Positions 1 to 10,187 of a DNA stretch of 64,000 nt are shown here, piece by piece (position 1 is the stretch's first letter; every line of letters begins with the position of its first letter). A model generated the notes under the pieces. The model did no database searches. It had not been told where the DNA came from and saw nothing but the letters and a program-made list of their open reading frames with translations. The translations under genes were made by a program, and so were the position numbers. Origin of the DNA: an uncultured delta proteobacterium (GTDB taxonomy: Bacteria; Desulfobacterota; Binatia; UBA9968); the NCBI GenBank assembly GCA_963727625.1, contig CAVSHR010000012.1, positions 480,001 to 544,000 on the forward strand, given 5' to 3'.

Positions 1-64
1 AGTTGATCGAAGACTCTCTGCTTCATTGTTCTGATCGACCGATTTCGCTGTTGGGCGGCTGGGC

Positions 65-406
65 TCATGGCAATCTCATCGAGGCCTGAATTCGAGCAGG
101 GACTCCGGTGACGGTGATATGGCCCACGACCAGCACCGTCTCGTCTTGATGACGCCGCACCGCCGCGGCGACGGCCTGGATGTTTTCGCGCGATTTTCCT
201 TCATAGACCGGAATAATTTTGGGCTCGCCCTTTAGTAACTTGGCTAACGGCGCCGCCGTGTCGCGGGTCCGGCGCCATTGAGTCGTGATGATCGTCGTGA
301 CACCGGCATCGCTCAAGGTCGCCGGGAGTGATCGCGCCCGCGCTTCACCCTCGGCGGTCAGGGGCGGATCTTCGCCTTTCCACACGCGCTCCATGTGTAG
401 GACCAA
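65..406 (-). pseudogene. Histidine phosphatase (phosphoglycerate mutase family) remnant
   Basis: DPPLTAEGEARAR, RTRDTAAPLA and VLVVGH motifs are present. The catalytic RH motif is degraded (VLHMER) and the C-terminus diverges after VVGH. Confidence 0.6.
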
Positions 407-567
407 GAAGACATGACGGGTTGAAACCCTCCCCTCGGGTCTGCCAGGCTTGGTACGGGCAGCTCAACCGAACAAAGCCGCGGCCAAAACGATTATCGGT
501 AGCATTCCATTAGAGCCGAGCCGTAATATTCTCACGAGAATCATCGATAGCGGCATTAATTTGGGAA

Positions 568-918
568 CTAGAATGAATCAGACGAACTTCGCCGTCTTCC
601 CGCAATTCGGACACGCACGCCAATCGGCATTAATCGCAAAACCGCACCCCGCGCAACGATGTCGCGGCATGAAGCGCAGCTTGGGTTCGTCCAACTTCGC
701 GGCCCTTCGGCCCAATAGATGCCGGTGAACAGACTGGTTTTGCAGGTCACCGTCTCCGTAACGCCTGAACGGTCCGTGTAACTCACCCTGTCGTGCCGCT
801 CGTTTTTCTCAAAAAACCAGCCGTGCGCAAACGGACTCCATTGAATTGATAGGACGCGGCCACCCTTCGATTCGATCTCATTTCTGATCCGGTTCTTTTG
901 GACGGCATTCGCATGGCT
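568..918 (-). pseudogene. N-terminally truncated hypothetical protein
   Basis: The frame is open directly after the GT87 stop: SHANAVQKNRIRNEIESKGGRVLSIQWSPFAHGWFFEKNERHDRVSYTD...CKTSLFTGIYW. It has no start codon or RBS of its own before 786. Confidence 0.4.
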
Positions 919-2175
919 TTAACTATTTTTCCTTCGCTCCCAACAAAACAAAAGGTAATTGGCCAAGAACGCCGGCGCTAACCAGGAGTACCACAACTCC
1001 TCCGCCAACGAAAATCTCAAAAGCAAATGAGCGACATTGATCATAATATAGACACGAGCCGTCCAGGATCTAAGCCATGACCGGGGCCGTTGGCGTACCC
1101 AGACCGCCCCTTCCAAGATCGCCGGGAGAAGCACGACCTGATCGTAAGTCCAAATAAAAATACTGCTTACGACCGAGACAACGCTAATGAGCGGCAACTG
1201 ATCCAGCCAACTCCATGCATCCTTGTGACGCCGCCAATAATAGAGAGCCCAGATAACGGCGATCACCGTGGGCGTAAGCTCCAACCAACGATTGTCAAAG
1301 CCAAGAAGGATGGCCAGCGAGTTCCTTAGCGTCGGGGCGGGCCATTCCAACGGCTTCCGAACATCAGCAATTCCGTATAGCGTGAAATATTCGGAATACA
1401 CATTCGAATTGAAGAGCAACGGCAGCAACACTGCGACGACACCGGGCAGCAAAGCCCCCAAGACCAGCCGCCAGGACCCTTGGTCCAGGATCCACAGAAA
1501 GAAGAAGATCCAAAACAAATACAAGACATGGGGCTTGATCGACAAGATCACCAGCGCTGCCCCCATCACCATGCTATTCCGCTTGCGTTCGGAATGCAGA
1601 AAAGCGGTCAGTCCAGCCAAAACCAGCGGAGTAATTTGGCCGATGATTAAAACAAAAACCGCCGGCACAAATGTTAATGCCAGAACCCACGACAACCGGG
1701 AACCTTGCGCCGAGCCTCCGTAGAGTCGCCAGAGTTGTCGAGCCGAAATCAGAATCAAGCAAACATGGAACAGCAGCCAAAAAAATTGGCTGACAGTAAA
1801 ATCAAAAAGGCCAAACGGCAATGTAAACACAAACGACCAAGGCGGATTCCACATGACTAGAGGCGCTGCGCCGCCCCATCCAACGCTGCGTTGAATGGTG
1901 AGAAGCTCGTCGGGCGAGTAGGGGTTTCCGCCATTTGCAAGTAGCCGGGCGGCGGCCCAGTACTCGACAAAATCCCGGATCCCGGCCTGCTTAGGAATTT
2001 CCGCGCCCTGCGCAAAAACCTGTCCCGCGCCCATAAGCCCCAACAATCCGACGAGCAGGATCACCGGACAATAGAGATAAATTCGCTGCCAGCTCAAAAG
2101 GTGCGAGTCGAACAAATTCTTAGCGTGTCTGAAAATCACCGCTCCGGTTACCCTAAACTTCGAGTTCCTCGGCAT
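919..2175 (-). CDS. Glycosyltransferase family 87 (DUF2029, GT-C fold) membrane protein
   Basis: DFVEYWAAARL...GGNPY, WNPPW, GQ and KP motifs, and multiple TM segments. Confidence 0.85.
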   Translation of the reverse strand: MPRNSKFRVTGAVIFRHAKNLFDSHLLSWQRIYLYCPVILLVGLLGLMGAGQVFAQGAEIPKQAGIRDFVEYWAAARLLANGGNPYSPDELLTIQRSVGWGGAAPLVMWNPPWSFVFTLPFGLFDFTVSQFFWLLFHVCLILISARQLWRLYGGSAQGSRLSWVLALTFVPAVFVLIIGQITPLVLAGLTAFLHSERKRNSMVMGAALVILSIKPHVLYLFWIFFFLWILDQGSWRLVLGALLPGVVAVLLPLLFNSNVYSEYFTLYGIADVRKPLEWPAPTLRNSLAILLGFDNRWLELTPTVIAVIWALYYWRRHKDAWSWLDQLPLISVVSVVSSIFIWTYDQVVLLPAILEGAVWVRQRPRSWLRSWTARVYIMINVAHLLLRFSLAEELWYSWLAPAFLANYLLFCWERRKNS

Positions 2176-2196
2176 TCAACCGCAAGAGCATAATTA

Positions 2197-2209
2197 AACT
2201 TCGTCCGAC
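2197..2209. repeat. Left copy of inverted repeat AACTTCGTCCGAC (partner at 26684-26696)
   Basis: Exact 13-bp reverse-complement match with partial similarity in the flanks (GAGC..TA upstream, CAATG downstream). Confidence 0.4.
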
Positions 2210-2308
2210 CTCAATGCACCGGCAACGAATCGTTGCCGAAAACACAAGAATTTTTCGATATGCGCACGCGGATTGAGACGACTTTACGCGGGTATTACGA
2301 CCGATCCA

Positions 2309-3039
2309 TTACCCGGTCCCGCTGAAAAAGTTGATAGTTGATCGGGAAGACCGGCGCCACCGTCTTTGACATTGTAAAGAACCGCCCCCCCTATCGCCCT
2401 TTTTCGCAATATTTCCTGTGATATTAGTAGTCATCAGAGCGCTAGGAATTGGTCGGGTTTCGCCGCTAGAATGTGATTGTCGCTCCAACGTGGTTTGCGT
2501 CTTCAACAGAGCGGCTTTTTCCTGGCGTAGTCTCTAATGTGTTGGGCGGCATCCTCCAGCCATAACAGCCCTCGCTCCAGTGCTTCCGCCCATCGGCGGA
2601 GTTTAGCATCGGCATCTGTAATGGCCGCTGCGATCGTCTTTCCCTCCGCAGTGGGCTTTTGCTTTTGTGCCATCGCGGCTGTGGCCAACGCGATAAATCT
2701 TCGCACGTTGTCGGTACTTAGAATGCGCTTGTGGATCCTATCTAAGACAGCATTCTCTAATTTGTTTTTGTTTAAGAGCGGCGCGTCACAAGCGCTTTTG
2801 CCCTTTTGCAAATATGTTTGGCAGCTATAATAGTGGAAGCGACTGCTTTTGGCGGCGGTTCCAACGTAATGGTGTGACCACCGATCATATACGACGAGTT
2901 GGCTGAGAAGATAGTTTGTGCGGTGAGCATAAGAGTTGTACCAGGACAAAGGAACCCCTTCACGTTTCTTTTGGACCCAATCGAATAAACTTTTTTCGAT
3001 GATGGTCGGGTAGAAACCAAGGATCGTGAACGGCTCTTG
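2309..3039 (-). pseudogene. Large serine recombinase C-terminal remnant (recombinase, Zn-ribbon and coiled-coil regions)
   Basis: YPTIIEKSLFDWVQ, YLLSQLVV, YYSC...C...LENAVLDRI, then coiled coil. The first CxxC is lost (YDRW), the catalytic domain is absent and there is a frameshift near 2530. Confidence 0.75.
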
Positions 3040-3079
3040 GCAGCTGTATATTATGGGTGATTCGGTACGGATAGAGTTG

Positions 3080-3943
3080 CTAAATTTGGGAGACGCTATG
3101 TTGCCCCTGGTTCGAAAATTGCCATGTTACGAGAGATGCAGCGCCCGAGGACCAACCCTTCGCCCAAATATATTCGACGGACGACGGTATCGCTGGCCCT
3201 AGAACACCTTGGAGAGCCACCCAGGCTAAAAGTTCGTTGGACACTCCGGCTTTTTTAATGTTCTCGGGCGTAACCCTGCGTACAAACTCCTCGATGTTTC
3301 CCTCCTTTAGCAATCCCAGGAACTCCATTTCGAAGGCTGTGTCTACACTGCCCATCGTCGGACCTCCGACGTCACCATAGATACTTCCGCTAACCAGGAC
3401 CGCCACTTTGCCGGTATAACTGTCGTTGATGAACTGGCGAATATGCTGACCCAATTTATAGCACCTCCGAGCCGTCGGCCCTGGTTGCAGCATTCCACCG
3501 ATATGTACCGGCACTATCGGAAGATCCATGTGCGGGGTGACGAAATTTAGGGGTACCATAAACGCGTGATCCAATATAAAGTCTTCAGAATACGAAAAAT
3601 CGATCTCGTTCTCGATTCCATAGTGGAGCAGTCCACGCGCCAATCTCGTATCGACTTTAAGCGTGGCCTTTGGCACCCGCAAATTTTGGATTTCTTTTGG
3701 TGCCGGTCCTGCGCACGTGTCCGAGACCGCGAGGCAGAACATCGGATTGTTATGGTAGAAAAAGTTGGTCATGTGATCTGTAGTCAGAACAATAAGACAA
3801 TCCGGTGACGCCTCGACCAAGCATTTGTGCAGATAGTCGAAGCCCTGCAACAACCGGTGCCGGTCGTCATCGGATATACCCTCCGGGCGGGATGTGATGT
3901 TTGGATTGTGAGGAGCTGCAAGACCGAGAACTATCTTACCCAT
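3080..3943 (-). CDS. LigB-like class III extradiol dioxygenase beta subunit
   Basis: PHNP, DHxxNFF, LDHAFMVPL and NELLAW motifs; adjacent to a LigA-like gene. Confidence 0.85.
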   Translation of the reverse strand: MGKIVLGLAAPHNPNITSRPEGISDDDRHRLLQGFDYLHKCLVEASPDCLIVLTTDHMTNFFYHNNPMFCLAVSDTCAGPAPKEIQNLRVPKATLKVDTRLARGLLHYGIENEIDFSYSEDFILDHAFMVPLNFVTPHMDLPIVPVHIGGMLQPGPTARRCYKLGQHIRQFINDSYTGKVAVLVSGSIYGDVGGPTMGSVDTAFEMEFLGLLKEGNIEEFVRRVTPENIKKAGVSNELLAWVALQGVLGPAIPSSVEYIWAKGWSSGAASLVTWQFSNQGQHSVSQI

Positions 3944-4195
3944 TTAGACCTCCCGTATCTGCTTCAAATACTCATCAGTTCGAATTCCCACCATGTGGGC
4001 GAATTGGAAGAGGAGCCACGGGTTCACCCCCATTTGGTAAAGGCTCTTTATATCTTTTGATAATATGGCCAAGCGCTCAGTATGACTCAAGTCATAAGGC
4101 TTCGCGATTGATTCTGGCTTAGCAAGATAATTTTCCCGGAGATCGAGATCGTTATGGATGTCAAAGAATAGCCTTTGGACTTGGTAAAGGCTCAT
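3944..4195 (-). CDS. LigA-like extradiol dioxygenase alpha subunit
   Basis: 83 aa, YDLSHTERLAILSKDIKSLYQMGVNPWLL pattern; GGAGG RBS; abuts the beta subunit. Confidence 0.8.
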   Translation of the reverse strand: MSLYQVQRLFFDIHNDLDLRENYLAKPESIAKPYDLSHTERLAILSKDIKSLYQMGVNPWLLFQFAHMVGIRTDEYLKQIREV

Positions 4196-4503
4196 GGTAT
4201 TCCTCCAAGATTAAGATCGCTTACAGTATTAACGCCTCACATGAGTTTTTGGAAGCCTATTTGCTCTTGATGAAATTGCAGTCTTTGAAGTTCGGTAGCG
4301 TCTGAGCCTAAATCGAGGCAGCCCGAGGATCGATCCGGCGACTTCCTTCACCATCTGCTGCAATCACGCCCGGTTCCAAAAAATCTTCAAAGTCGCGATG
4401 CATTATCAGGGCCGCACTATTGAATCATCTCACAAATCACACTGGTTGAAGCATTGCACGACGCCAATCATTGGAATGAAATATCAAAAATGTGCCTTAC
4501 AGG

Positions 4504-5550
4504 TCAGAAACCCCATTTCCTCACTGCGGCCTCCGCTTTCTTCAATGCAGGTTGCAATTCCGGTCGTCCACGGACTTCCTGATAGGCGGCCGTGACCAAG
4601 GCGCCGCGCACCACCTCTTCGGGATCAATCGGTAGATCCAGTTGCTTGAGGTGAAGCATCTCTTGGATCGTTTCGACAACGTCAGTCCGGGAAACAGCGA
4701 GGTCGATGGGTAACGTCCAACCCTCGACTTTTTCCGGACTACTGAGAAGCTGCACGACTCGTTCTTCATCATTGTGGCTACTCTCGCGTAACCTGAGCTC
4801 GAGATCTCGGAGATATTCAAAGTGGTCACGGTCCCGCATAAACCAGAATGAGCGAATGATTGCGCGAAGAAAAGCAGAGAGTTCGGTTTCGCGCTCCTCT
4901 ATTGTCTGCTTTGTTGCGACGATAACTTTGCCAAGCCGCCCCCGCGACCGGTTTGTCTTGGGGTCCAGAATCGTAGAATAGCCCTCCGCCTCAAGCTGTT
5001 CCGAGAAAGGTGGCGCCGACGACACCATGTCCACTTTTCCCGATTTAAGCATCTCGACGTGCGCGGGATTACTTCGGTAAGCAAATGCTGGATCGTAAAT
5101 CCAGGAAACATCCTTTTCTGGGTTCAGCCCTGCCGCGCGCAATGCCTTCGATAGAGAGTACTGCATGAGATCGCCTGGCTCTCGAACACCGATTTTACAA
5201 CCGCGCAGCTGACTTAGTTCTCGAATACCTTTGCGAGCGTACCACTTCAGGTCCGGATTGCTCTCGTACCGCCAACCAGCAACCAAATAGAGGTCAACTC
5301 CTCTGGCGCGCTGGCAAATGATCGAGTCGATATTAACGGCCGTAACAATATCTAGCCCGTGATCCTTCACGGCCGCTTCTAATCCTTCAGATTCAAGAAG
5401 CCCAGGAACGAGTCCGCGACATTCATATTCGTAATTTAAAAACCCTTCCTCGCGAAAATAGCCTTGCTCCTCGGCAACCCGAACCGCTATTTGTTGCCCG
5501 ACATGGTAGTTGCTGTTTGCGACTAAAAGTGCCTGATCACGGTTACTCAA
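4504..5550 (-). CDS. SsuA/THI5-like solute-binding-fold protein without signal peptide
   Basis: AEEQGYFREEG, LRGCKIGV and GKVD motifs; TTG start with GGGAG RBS; paralog of 7553-8602. Confidence 0.8.
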   Translation of the reverse strand: MSNRDQALLVANSNYHVGQQIAVRVAEEQGYFREEGFLNYEYECRGLVPGLLESEGLEAAVKDHGLDIVTAVNIDSIICQRARGVDLYLVAGWRYESNPDLKWYARKGIRELSQLRGCKIGVREPGDLMQYSLSKALRAAGLNPEKDVSWIYDPAFAYRSNPAHVEMLKSGKVDMVSSAPPFSEQLEAEGYSTILDPKTNRSRGRLGKVIVATKQTIEERETELSAFLRAIIRSFWFMRDRDHFEYLRDLELRLRESSHNDEERVVQLLSSPEKVEGWTLPIDLAVSRTDVVETIQEMLHLKQLDLPIDPEEVVRGALVTAAYQEVRGRPELQPALKKAEAAVRKWGF

Positions 5551-6158
5551 GATACTCCCTAGAAGCTGTTACCTTATGACCCATCCAGTTTGTTGCTAAT
5601 TACCATCGCCCTCTTTCCGCGTGGTGTATAGCGACGGAAACCCTAGACATGAACACGTCAAAATCCGCAGTTCGCAAGTGTATCGTTATCTTTTTACGTC
5701 GTTGATTGCTCAAAACGAGACAAGCCATGCAAAACGCTAGCGCCCAAAATGAAAAAATGACAAACATAATATCGACTCGAACCAACTATTCAACGCTACG
5801 CTCGAGCCAATATGCAATTGCCGTCCTCATATCACCCTGCCGATTACCGGTCAACTTGATTTGACCGCTAATTTTGCTCTGTGTTTTTAGAAGATCAAGA
5901 AAATTATCGGTAATGAGGATTATGCGACCGAGGAGAGAAGTTTCAGAGGTCGGGCTCAAGAGAGGAGCTGTGGACGGGACCTTGTACTTTCTCATTCTGT
6001 TCATCGGTTTCTGTCTCGGGCTTGGGTTTGAAACCAGAAACCATAGTCGCTTGACATTATTTATCACTTGCACAATAGATGTTTTAGTGATGCGCGTTGC
6101 ATTTTTTTGGATAGAAGCCATTGGCACAGACGTCGTAGCACGCGCTTCGATTTGATGT

Positions 6159-7115
6159 ATGGCCGATATAGCCTTAACGCTTTCCTGTGGGGACTATGAT
6201 CGCACGCGCCCACTCATTGATCACACAGTTCCTACACCCGGCTTGGATCTCAAGGTCATGCCGGTGTCGTCATCCGAGCGTCACGCTCGGTTCGTCACCA
6301 ATTTTGAGTTTGACGCTTGCGAGCTGCAAATTGCCCTGTTTTTGGGTCTAAAGAGCCGCGGGGTGCCGATCACAGCGATCCCGGTTTTCCCTCATCGCCG
6401 ATTCAATCATAGCTGTGTCATGGTCCGTCTGGACTCCGACATCAGGCGTCCTGAAGATCTCCGCGGGCGCCGTGTCGGTATCCATGGACACTTCAATCCA
6501 ATCGCACTTTGGACACGGGGCGTGTTGCAGCATGAATTCGGGGTACCACCAAGCTCGATCCAATGGGTCGCTGATGGCGTCGATCTTGTGCCAGCCTGGT
6601 CACCCCCTTCCTGGTTACGCATCGAGCGCGCACCGGCCGGGAAGAAAATGCAAAGTTTAGTGGCAACCGGCAAGCTGGATGTCCAAATACTTTCCGATAG
6701 CGGAGCCGACGCCTTGGCCATGAACAAGGTCGTGCGAAGGCTATGGCCCAACTATCGCGAGGTGGAGGCGGACTACTATCGCCGCACTGGAATTTTCCCG
6801 ATTCGCGAAGTTGTTGCCGTCAAGGACGAAGTGCTTCAGCGCGATCCCGAGGTGGCGGTACTGCTGGTGCGCGCATTCGAAGATGCCAAACAGCGCGCCT
6901 ACCGTTATTGGGCCGACCACCGCCGCTCGTATCTTGCCTGGTACGGGGCCGAACAGGAAGAAGAAAGGGCCCTATTCGGGGCCGATCCGTGGCCCTACTC
7001 GATCGAGAAGAACCGAGTTGCCATTGAGACGCTGCTGGACTACGCGTTTGAGCAGGGACTCACTGAGCGGCGCCTCGACGTCAAAGAAATTTTTACCCCC
7101 GAGACACTTGATTGA
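6159..7115 (+). CDS. 4,5-dihydroxyphthalate decarboxylase (OphC/PhtC)-like protein
   Basis: LTLSCGDYDRTRPL, AIPVFPHRRF, EADYYRRTGIFPI and GADPWPY family motifs. Confidence 0.8.
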   Translation: MADIALTLSCGDYDRTRPLIDHTVPTPGLDLKVMPVSSSERHARFVTNFEFDACELQIALFLGLKSRGVPITAIPVFPHRRFNHSCVMVRLDSDIRRPEDLRGRRVGIHGHFNPIALWTRGVLQHEFGVPPSSIQWVADGVDLVPAWSPPSWLRIERAPAGKKMQSLVATGKLDVQILSDSGADALAMNKVVRRLWPNYREVEADYYRRTGIFPIREVVAVKDEVLQRDPEVAVLLVRAFEDAKQRAYRYWADHRRSYLAWYGAEQEEERALFGADPWPYSIEKNRVAIETLLDYAFEQGLTERRLDVKEIFTPETLD

Positions 7116-7552
7116 GAATCGGCGCCGCTCTTTCACTTTAATTCCCATTGATATCGTGGCGACTGACCGGCAAAAATCGTTTTTGAACTGATGAAAGATA
7201 AATCAGTTTGACAGTAACCGGGTTACGCGGTAAGGGAAATCTAGTCACAACGTTGACGGCCGAACCAATTATCTCGTGGCTTTTTTCGAGACGCCGCTCA
7301 TCACTTCGATTCGAGCTACAGATTCGGACAATGCAGCGAGGCTGCCCTAAAAAATCGGTTCAAAATCGTTTTCGAATTTGACACCCGCTTTTCGCGGCTT
7401 CTTATCGACGGCAAAGTACAAAAGCGTCCAAAACAAATAATTTCCATCCTAAAAAAGGTTCTCCAGCTACGCTACCAGATCACAGCGCAAAGCATGCATG
7501 ACTTCATCCTTGTGCGTGCGGCAAACAAATTGTTAGAAAAAGGAGATTCACA

Positions 7553-8602
7553 ATGAGCATTTTGGATCAACCTATTTTAATCGCCAATGTGAACTACCAC
7601 GTCGGCCATTGGGTAGCCATTTACCTCGCCGAGGAACAGGGCTTTTTCAAGCAGGAAGGTCTCGAACATTATGAGTATGAGCGTGGTGGACTCCTACCTG
7701 GGCCGTGGGAAGGCCTGGGTCTCGGTCTGGCAATCAAAGAGCATGGGGTTGATATCGCAACAGCGGTGGACACGGAATCGGCCATCTTGCAGAGGGCCCG
7801 AGGTGCCGATGTGTATATTGTCGGCGGTTGGCGCTACACGCCATTACTCAAGTGGTATGGTTCCAAACATATCACTGATATGGCTAAGCTCCGCGGCGGT
7901 AAAATCGGCGTCAGGGAGAGCTCAGCCGAGGGTGGAGGACTCGTTGAGTTCTTTATCGAGGAGGCCTTGAAAGAAGCTGGCGTCAACCCCCAAACAGAAG
8001 TGGAAAAGGTCCGAAACCGCGTGTTCGGTTACCGCAATAACCCGGCTCATATCGAAATGCTTCGGTCCGGAAAAGTCAATGCGATCACGTCTTCGCCCCC
8101 GTTCTCCGATCAACTCGAAAAAGAAGGTTATCCTGTCATCCTCGACCCCAACAAGGTATTTCCACGGCGCCCGGGTAAGGTTACCGTGGCGCCGCTAAGA
8201 ACAATCGAAAAACGGGGTGAGGAGCTTAAGGCTTATTTCCGAGCGATCATTCGGGCTTTTTGGTTCATGCGGGATCCAAATAGCTTCGAATATCTCCACG
8301 ATCTCGAAGCGCGGCTAAGGAAGCTCACGCATAACGAAGACGAGCGTAGCCTCTTTATTGCTTCAGCGCCTGATAGACTTGAAAGTTGGGCATTGCCTGT
8401 CGACGGATGCATAGAACGCCAGGCGCTCGGTAGAATCATTCAAGAGATGGTCAAGAGAGGCAGGCTGGAGAGCCCGCTTCCTGTAGAGGAAGTTTTCAGA
8501 GACACAGCGGTACAGGATGCTTACCGCGACGTCAGCAGCCGGATGAATCTTAAGCCTGCCTTCGACACCGCCATGGGGGCCGTGAAAAAATACGGTTTCT
8601 AA
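7553..8602 (+). CDS. SsuA/THI5-like solute-binding-fold protein without signal peptide
   Basis: Paralog of 4504-5550 (NYHVG, GWRY, YRxNPAH, FWFMRD, HNxxER shared); AAGGAG RBS. Confidence 0.8.
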   Translation: MSILDQPILIANVNYHVGHWVAIYLAEEQGFFKQEGLEHYEYERGGLLPGPWEGLGLGLAIKEHGVDIATAVDTESAILQRARGADVYIVGGWRYTPLLKWYGSKHITDMAKLRGGKIGVRESSAEGGGLVEFFIEEALKEAGVNPQTEVEKVRNRVFGYRNNPAHIEMLRSGKVNAITSSPPFSDQLEKEGYPVILDPNKVFPRRPGKVTVAPLRTIEKRGEELKAYFRAIIRAFWFMRDPNSFEYLHDLEARLRKLTHNEDERSLFIASAPDRLESWALPVDGCIERQALGRIIQEMVKRGRLESPLPVEEVFRDTAVQDAYRDVSSRMNLKPAFDTAMGAVKKYGF

Positions 8603-8957
8603 GAAACTGTAAAATGATCTCGTTTGTGAGCGTTCAACAGCAGCTAGAACCCTTTATACATGATCTCGGTCATGCGCTCATGGGCGACTCGGATATCGCC
8701 ACTCGGGCAAACGCCGAAAATACCGGGCCCTAGAAGTCTTCGGAACGAAAGCGTGCGCACGATCGCTTACGTCATTGATTACTAACGATTGAAGAGACAA
8801 GGCGCCGTCGACGCAATTTTGCAAGAAGCCGCGCGCCATCTCTTAGAAAAGTCTATCGCAGCTAGTGTAAAAAATACAGGTTTCAATCTGTCACGCCGGA
8901 AGCTAAGTTGTAACGTAGGTGCTGTAACGTATACATTGATCCAACAGACAGAAAGGA

Positions 8958-10118
8958 GTGTCTCCAATGATTTCAATGGCTGACCGTACAGTTTCTTTCT
9001 TTGTGTTCGCACTCGCCCTGGCGATCTCGATGGCGGTCTACTCGCCAACGTGCGGAGCGGCGAATCCTCTAGCGGATCTCGTAGCGGCTGCTAAAGGAGA
9101 GGGCGCCTTAAATGCCGCTGTTGTCTCGAGCTTACATGGCAAAGCTCACCCAAAACTTGCCGCGGCTTTCAAGAAGCGCTTCGGGCTTGATGATATTGAC
9201 CTAACGATTACAAACGTAACAAGCTCGACGCACTACGGCAGAGCTGCGGCTGCAACTCGGGCTGGTGCGGTGCCGACCTATGATACAATTGAAGGATCTG
9301 AGCTCAGCAATATTCAGCTCATCGGGATTGGCGGTACGCAGACAATTGAAAATTGGCAGTCCTTATTGGCCGGAATCAACCCGCTGGTGCACTCGGGAAA
9401 GGTTCGCCCTCAACAGATCAGCCCAAAGCCATTTACCGGTCACGGTTTCAAGTACATGTCGCGGGTGAAGGCATTATTATACAATCCCAAACTTATCTCT
9501 GAATCCGAATTGCCTAAGACGCATGCTGACCTCGGCAATCCAAAATATAAAGGTATGTGGACGCAGCCTCCGTGGACGTCCCATTGGGAGGTCGGCCCCC
9601 TGATTTTTCCCGATTTAGGCAAGGAAAAATGGGTGGACGTGGTACGGAAAGCTGGGAAAAACGCCCGCGCCGTGCAGTCAGCGTCGAAAGGTGTTCAGCG
9701 AGTCCTTTTGGGTGAGTTCGCCTTCGGGTTGGCTAACACTTACGAGGGGCTACGAGCGCAGGATCGAGATTCGGACTCCCCGATCGCAGTTGCCTATTTT
9801 GCGGATTACAACCAAACCAATTCGGGCTATTACGTCGTTCGGAAAGGGGCTCGGCACCCTGCGGCCGGGACCCTTTTTGCTTTGTGGATGGGAACGCCCG
9901 AAGCCAAAAGCATCTGGCAACCGGTGACCTATGGCACACAGTTTTTGTGGGGTGAAAGTAAGCTGGATCGTACCGTCAGAGAGCTGATCAAAAAGAGCGG
10001 GGCCCGTATCGTTGATTATCTGGAGAGTGACGAAAGTTTGGCGCTGTTAAAGTGGTACGGCACTGGAGAAGGGAGAAAATATAGCAAAGCCCTGGCCCAA
10101 GCTATAAGGGGACAGTAG
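8958..10118 (+). CDS. ABC transporter substrate-binding protein (Fe(III)/polyamine-type)
   Basis: Signal peptide, AAAKGEG, YNPKL..LPKT..DL..PKYKG and ARHPAAG motifs. The exact start is uncertain. Confidence 0.85.
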   Translation: MSPMISMADRTVSFFVFALALAISMAVYSPTCGAANPLADLVAAAKGEGALNAAVVSSLHGKAHPKLAAAFKKRFGLDDIDLTITNVTSSTHYGRAAAATRAGAVPTYDTIEGSELSNIQLIGIGGTQTIENWQSLLAGINPLVHSGKVRPQQISPKPFTGHGFKYMSRVKALLYNPKLISESELPKTHADLGNPKYKGMWTQPPWTSHWEVGPLIFPDLGKEKWVDVVRKAGKNARAVQSASKGVQRVLLGEFAFGLANTYEGLRAQDRDSDSPIAVAYFADYNQTNSGYYVVRKGARHPAAGTLFALWMGTPEAKSIWQPVTYGTQFLWGESKLDRTVRELIKKSGARIVDYLESDESLALLKWYGTGEGRKYSKALAQAIRGQ

Positions 10119-10187
10119 AGAAGTGGAAACCCACGCTGGTTTTGGCCTTCCGCTGGCTCGGCCAGCGGTCTGTTAATCGGTATTTTA

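Noticed and set aside
3045-3055. TGTATATTATG resembling the dif core at the recombinase-remnant edge
   Set aside because: Only the spacer and part of one arm match, and the other Xer arm is absent.
6122-6137. TGGCAC as a sigma-54 promoter
   Set aside because: There is no TTGC at the -12 position.
5600-6155. Short hydrophobic ORFs between divergent genes
   Set aside because: No motifs or clear RBS; the region looks like an AT-rich divergent promoter.
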